Positions 60,125 to 64,000 of a DNA stretch of 64,000 bases are shown one piece after another. The DNA comes from an uncultured Verrucomicrobiae bacterium (GTDB lineage Bacteria > Verrucomicrobiota > Verrucomicrobiia > Limisphaerales > Palsa-1400). The stretch spans positions 4,640,001 through 4,704,000 of the forward strand of contig OY969763.1 in assembly GCA_963702845.1 (NCBI GenBank), read 5' to 3'. The position numbers and the translations under genes are program-made. Each line of letters begins with the position of its first letter. The stretch's first letter is position 1. The notes beneath the pieces are model-generated. The model worked only from the letters and a program-made list of their open reading frames with translations, did no database searches and was not told the DNA's origin.

Positions 60125-62009
60125 ATGGACCAAAGCGAAAAGAAAATTGGGCTGCTGAACTGGATTGTCCTGCTCGTCACGAGCGCAGCCATGTTGTTCG
60201 TGAGCCGCTCGGTCAATTCCGCCGCAGGCGTGGTCGCAACGATCATCGCAGGCGTCGGGCTGCTCGTCGCGCTTGCTCAGCTATTTCCAAATGGGCCTCG
60301 CCGAACGCGAGCAATTGGAAAGACTGGAAATGGAAGAACTCGCCAAATCGCGCGGCGACTCTTCTCTATTCGCTTCCTCTGCCGATGAAACGTTCCCTGC
60401 AAAACGTTCTCGCGAAATCTTCGATAAATATTTCGTCCCCGGTTTTGCGCTGGTCGTTTTTCTATTCCTCAGTGCAGGCGCGTATTTTTCCTGGACGCTG
60501 GTCGGCACGATGCCCCCGCTGAATCGTGACGGTGCAATGTTGGCCATGGCGCTCGTTGGCCTGTTCGCGCTCGTGCTGTTTTTGCTCGGAAAATATTCCG
60601 TCGGCCTCGCGCGCTTACAAAAACAAAAGCTGTTACGTGCCGGCGCGGGTTATTTGTTGCTGACGGCCTATGTTTGCTTCGTAGTCGTCGCGACCATCGG
60701 GGCCGTTCTGGCCGGCTTTCCCAAAGCCGACTTCATCGTCGCACGCGCGCTGGCGGTTGTTCTCGGGTTGATCGCCTTGGAAACGTTGACCAGCCTTATC
60801 TCCGAAATTTACCGCGTCCGCGTCAGAGGCCGTGAAACGCATCTCCTTTATGACAGCCGTTTGGTCGGACTCCTCGGCCAACCCGAAGGAATCATCAATA
60901 CCATCGGCCACGCGTTGGATTATCAATTCGGCTTCAAAGTTTCCGACACCTGGTTCTATCACTTGATTCGCGAACGCTTTGCCTTGTTGGTCATCGCACA
61001 ATTTGCAGTGTTGGTTCTGTCCACCTGCGTCTCCTTTATCGAACCCGGTGAGCAAGCATTGCTGGAACGCTTCGGCGCGCCTGTTGCTGGCCGTGGCGTC
61101 ATCGGGCCGGGAGTCCACCTGAAATTACCATGGCCGATTGATCAGGTGCGTCGCTACCAGACAGATCGCATCCAAAGCTTTGTCGTCGGTGAACAGGAAG
61201 GTTCCGAACAAGAGAAGTATCAACGCGAATCGAAGACCATCGTCTGGAGTGTCGCGCACGGTAAAGAAGACGATCTGTTGGTCGCAACGCGCGATCGCTC
61301 CACTCAAACCGGCCAAAGCAGCGACAAGAAGAGCCCGCCCGTTAACCTGATTTCTGTGGGAATTCCGGTTCAATTCCAAATCACGAACCTCACGCAATGG
61401 GCTTACATTAACGAAGATCCAGACTCGTTGCTCCAAGGCATCGCCAATCGCGAAGTGGTTCATTACCTCGCCAGCGCTGACCTCGATGACTTAATGGCAA
61501 CAGGTCGCGCCGACGCCGCAAAGGTCTTGCAAAAACGCATTCAAGCCGCTGCCGATACCCGCGAACTCGGTGCCCTCATCACGTTTGTCGGCCTTGAAGA
61601 TATTCATCCGTCCGTGAAAGCCGCCGCCGATTACGAAAAAGTCATCGGCGCCGAGCAAAAGCGCAAAGCGAGAATTTTGGAAGCCCGCGCCTACGAAGTG
61701 AGAGCGCATGCGCTCGCCCGTGCGGATGCGTTCAAGCGTGTCGGCTCCGCTGATGCGGAAAAGGAACGCCTCACCAGGAACGGCACGGCTCGCGTCGCTT
61801 TGTTCAACGGCCAGTTGGCTGCGTTGACTGCCGCCCCTGACGTTTACACCAATCGCATGTATCTGGATGCGGTGACGCGCAGCGCAGGCGACGCGCGCAA
61901 ATACGTTTTGGCCACCACCAACACTACACAAGTTTTGCAGTTGGATTTGACGGATAAAATCCGTCGTGACCTGGAGAACGCTTTGGACGTTCCTCCCCCG
62001 AAAAAATAA
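60125..62009 (+). CDS. SPFH/HflK-like protein with multi-TM N-terminal domain (one apparent frameshift at ~60272)
   Basis: ORF 60125 (two TM segments) joins ORF 60273; 'LLERFG…PGVHLKLPWPID', 'LEDIHP' and a coiled coil. Confidence 0.8.
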
Positions 62010-62011
62010 GT

Positions 62012-62932
62012 ATGAAACGGAACCTAAACTTCATCATTGGCGCGTTGCTGATCATCGTGTTCGGCTCGCTGCTCTTTGTATTTCAAGTGCGCAAGTCCGA
62101 GGTGGCTGTCGTCACGCACTTCGGCAAATATGATCGCGAACTCGGGCCGGGCGCGCATTTTCGCTGGCCGTGGCCGATCGAGAACGTCTACAAGCTCGAC
62201 CAGCGCATTCAAAACTTCGAAGGCAAGTTCGAGGAAACCAAATTGCCCGACCAAAACATTCTGCTCATCTCAACTTATGTCGGCTGGCGCATTGAAAAGC
62301 CGGAGCTGTTCTTCCCGAAATTCGGCAGCGGCTCAATTGTCGAAGCGGAGAGGACCCTCAGCGCCCTTGTCGAGAGCGCTAAGAAAGAAGTCGCTGGCGA
62401 ACACGTGTTCGCAGACTTTATTTCTGCCGACGACAAGCAGATGAAGTTTACGCAAATCGAAACAGAAATTCTGGATCGTGTTCAGAAACGCGTGAAAGAG
62501 CACGACTACGGCATGGACGTTAAATTTGTTCAGATCAAGAAAATCGGCCTGCCGGAAAGCGTCACCACCGACGTGTTCGAACGCATGAAGTCCGAACGCA
62601 ATGTGCTCATCTCCAAGATTCAGTTCGAAGGTGAAGAAGCAGCCACCAAGATCAAGTCTGGCGCCGACACCTGGTCCGCGAAGACACTCGCCGAAGCTGA
62701 CGCAGCTGCGTTGCAGATCCGCGGCGAAGGCGAAGCTGAATCCGCCAAGTCGCTCTCGGTTCTCCAACAAAATCCCGCGCTGGCCAACTTCAACATGAAG
62801 CTCGCCGCGTTGCAGGACCTGTTGAAAGACCGCACCACCTTGATTCTCGACCAGAGCACGTCTCCGCTGGACCTGCTTCAGCCGTATACCATGCCGGCCA
62901 ATCAACCGGTCATGAAACAAAGCAAACGGTAA
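62012..62932 (+). CDS. hflC: SPFH protein, HflC-like
   Basis: 'AVVTHFGK…PGAHFRWPWP', 'VFERMKSER', 'IRGEGEAE'. Confidence 0.8.
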   Translation: MKRNLNFIIGALLIIVFGSLLFVFQVRKSEVAVVTHFGKYDRELGPGAHFRWPWPIENVYKLDQRIQNFEGKFEETKLPDQNILLISTYVGWRIEKPELFFPKFGSGSIVEAERTLSALVESAKKEVAGEHVFADFISADDKQMKFTQIETEILDRVQKRVKEHDYGMDVKFVQIKKIGLPESVTTDVFERMKSERNVLISKIQFEGEEAATKIKSGADTWSAKTLAEADAAALQIRGEGEAESAKSLSVLQQNPALANFNMKLAALQDLLKDRTTLILDQSTSPLDLLQPYTMPANQPVMKQSKR

Positions 62933-64000
62933 TGAGCGACGAACATTCCATTTTGACAAAGCCCACGCCGTCCGACGCCCCTGTTTCTGAGGACGCCGGC
63001 TCACAAGCGCTGTCAGAAGCGCTGAAGAGCAGCTTCTTCATCGTCAAGTTCATCATGGTCGGTTTGGTGGTGATATTCCTTGGCTCCGGCTTTTTCACCG
63101 TAAAAGAAGGTAATCGCGCTATCATTTTGCGTTTCGGCAATCCCGTCGGTCAGGGTGAACAGGCATTGCTCGGCCCCGGTTATCACTGGGCCTGGCCCGC
63201 GCCGATCGACACGGTCGAACAAATTCCGATCAAATCGATTCAAACGGCGGAATCAACTGTCGGTTGGTATTCCGGCGGCAGTGCATTTAGCGTTGCTGGC
63301 CCTGATAACAATTCCGGCTCCAGCGCCTTGAACCCCGCAAGGGAGAGCTACGCCATCACCGCAGACGCAAACATAATTCATGTAGCCGCGCAATTGCGCT
63401 ATCGCATTACTAACCCAATTCGCTTCCATTTTGATTTTAGCGATGCGACATTTTTCGTCACCAACGCTCTGAATAACGCGCTGATTTTCACCGCCAGCCA
63501 GTTCACCGTCGATGACGCGCTGATCGGAAAATCCGCTGCATTCCGCGAGCACGTTGCTTCGCGATTGAAAGACCTGGTAGAAACTCAACAGCTTGGAATC
63601 ACCGTCGAGCAGGTCGACGTCGTCACAGTGCCTCCGCAATATTTGCAGCCGAAGTTCCAGGAATTTCTGCAGGCGACCATCAAGCGCGACGACGCTCTTG
63701 ATTAAAGCCGAGAGCTACACGAACCAGGTTTACAGCCTCGCTCGCGCGGAATTTGAATCGCGCACCAACAGGGCCAACGCCGCCCGCACGCTTACCGTTC
63801 AACTGGCTAATGCCGAAGCGAAAAAGTTTCAGGATTTGTTGCCGAAATACGAAGCCAACCCGGAACTCTTCACCAGCATCCGCCAGTTGGAAACGTTGCA
63901 AAAAGTTTACGCGAACGCCTACGACAAATACCCTCTGCCGCACGGCCAACCTTTGGAGATTCGGACGCAACTTAATCGGGAACCGCGCAAAGAAGGCGCA
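62932..64000 (+). CDS. SPFH protein, HflK-like (apparent frameshift at ~63697; runs off the window end)
   Basis: 'AIILRFG…PGYHWAWPAPID', 'ITADANII'; after the shift the frame reads IKAESYTNQV…AEAKKFQDLLPKYEANPELF…, an HflK-type C-terminus open to base 64000. Confidence 0.8.

Noticed and set aside
60260..63705. Programmed ribosomal frameshifting in the SPFH genes
   Set aside because: No slippery heptamer or homopolymer at the shift points, and similar indels occur in unrelated genes, pointing to sequence error.

Overview
A 64 kb bacterial chromosomal segment, most likely Verrucomicrobiota subdivision 3 (Pedosphaera-like). This is inferred from the PVC-type CxxCH protein, H-X9-DG prepilin, extended ECF sigma factor, ilvE-mcsA-mcsB-clpC operon and futalosine-pathway mqnC. 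Several long genes carry single-base indels, which look like consensus errors. The main candidate system is a tightly coupled minus-strand unit (18476 to 3357). It runs from a divergent BrnT/CopG toxin-antitoxin-like pair with its own operator, through five prepilin-like genes (pilin, FimT/H, PilV/I, PilW/J and a ~1280 aa PilX/K; Verru_Chthon-cassette-like), to a ~2350 aa membrane-anchored KP-43-type subtilase sitting where a PilY1 adhesin usually lies. Other content: a ~4070 aa Ig/HYR-repeat surface protein facing a divergent HYR-repeat partner across a sigma54-like promoter, a BspA-like LRR protein, an RND pair, three SPFH genes, a candidate 6S RNA, an unassigned structured RNA, and 7-mer, 10-mer and REP-type DNA repeats. 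Exported proteins show a strong Thr-Asn dipeptide bias, and two share a C-terminal 'L..W...F.D...R[FY]YR' module. No CRISPR array, transposase, integrase, tRNA or rRNA was seen. All family assignments are from motif recognition by eye, not database searches.
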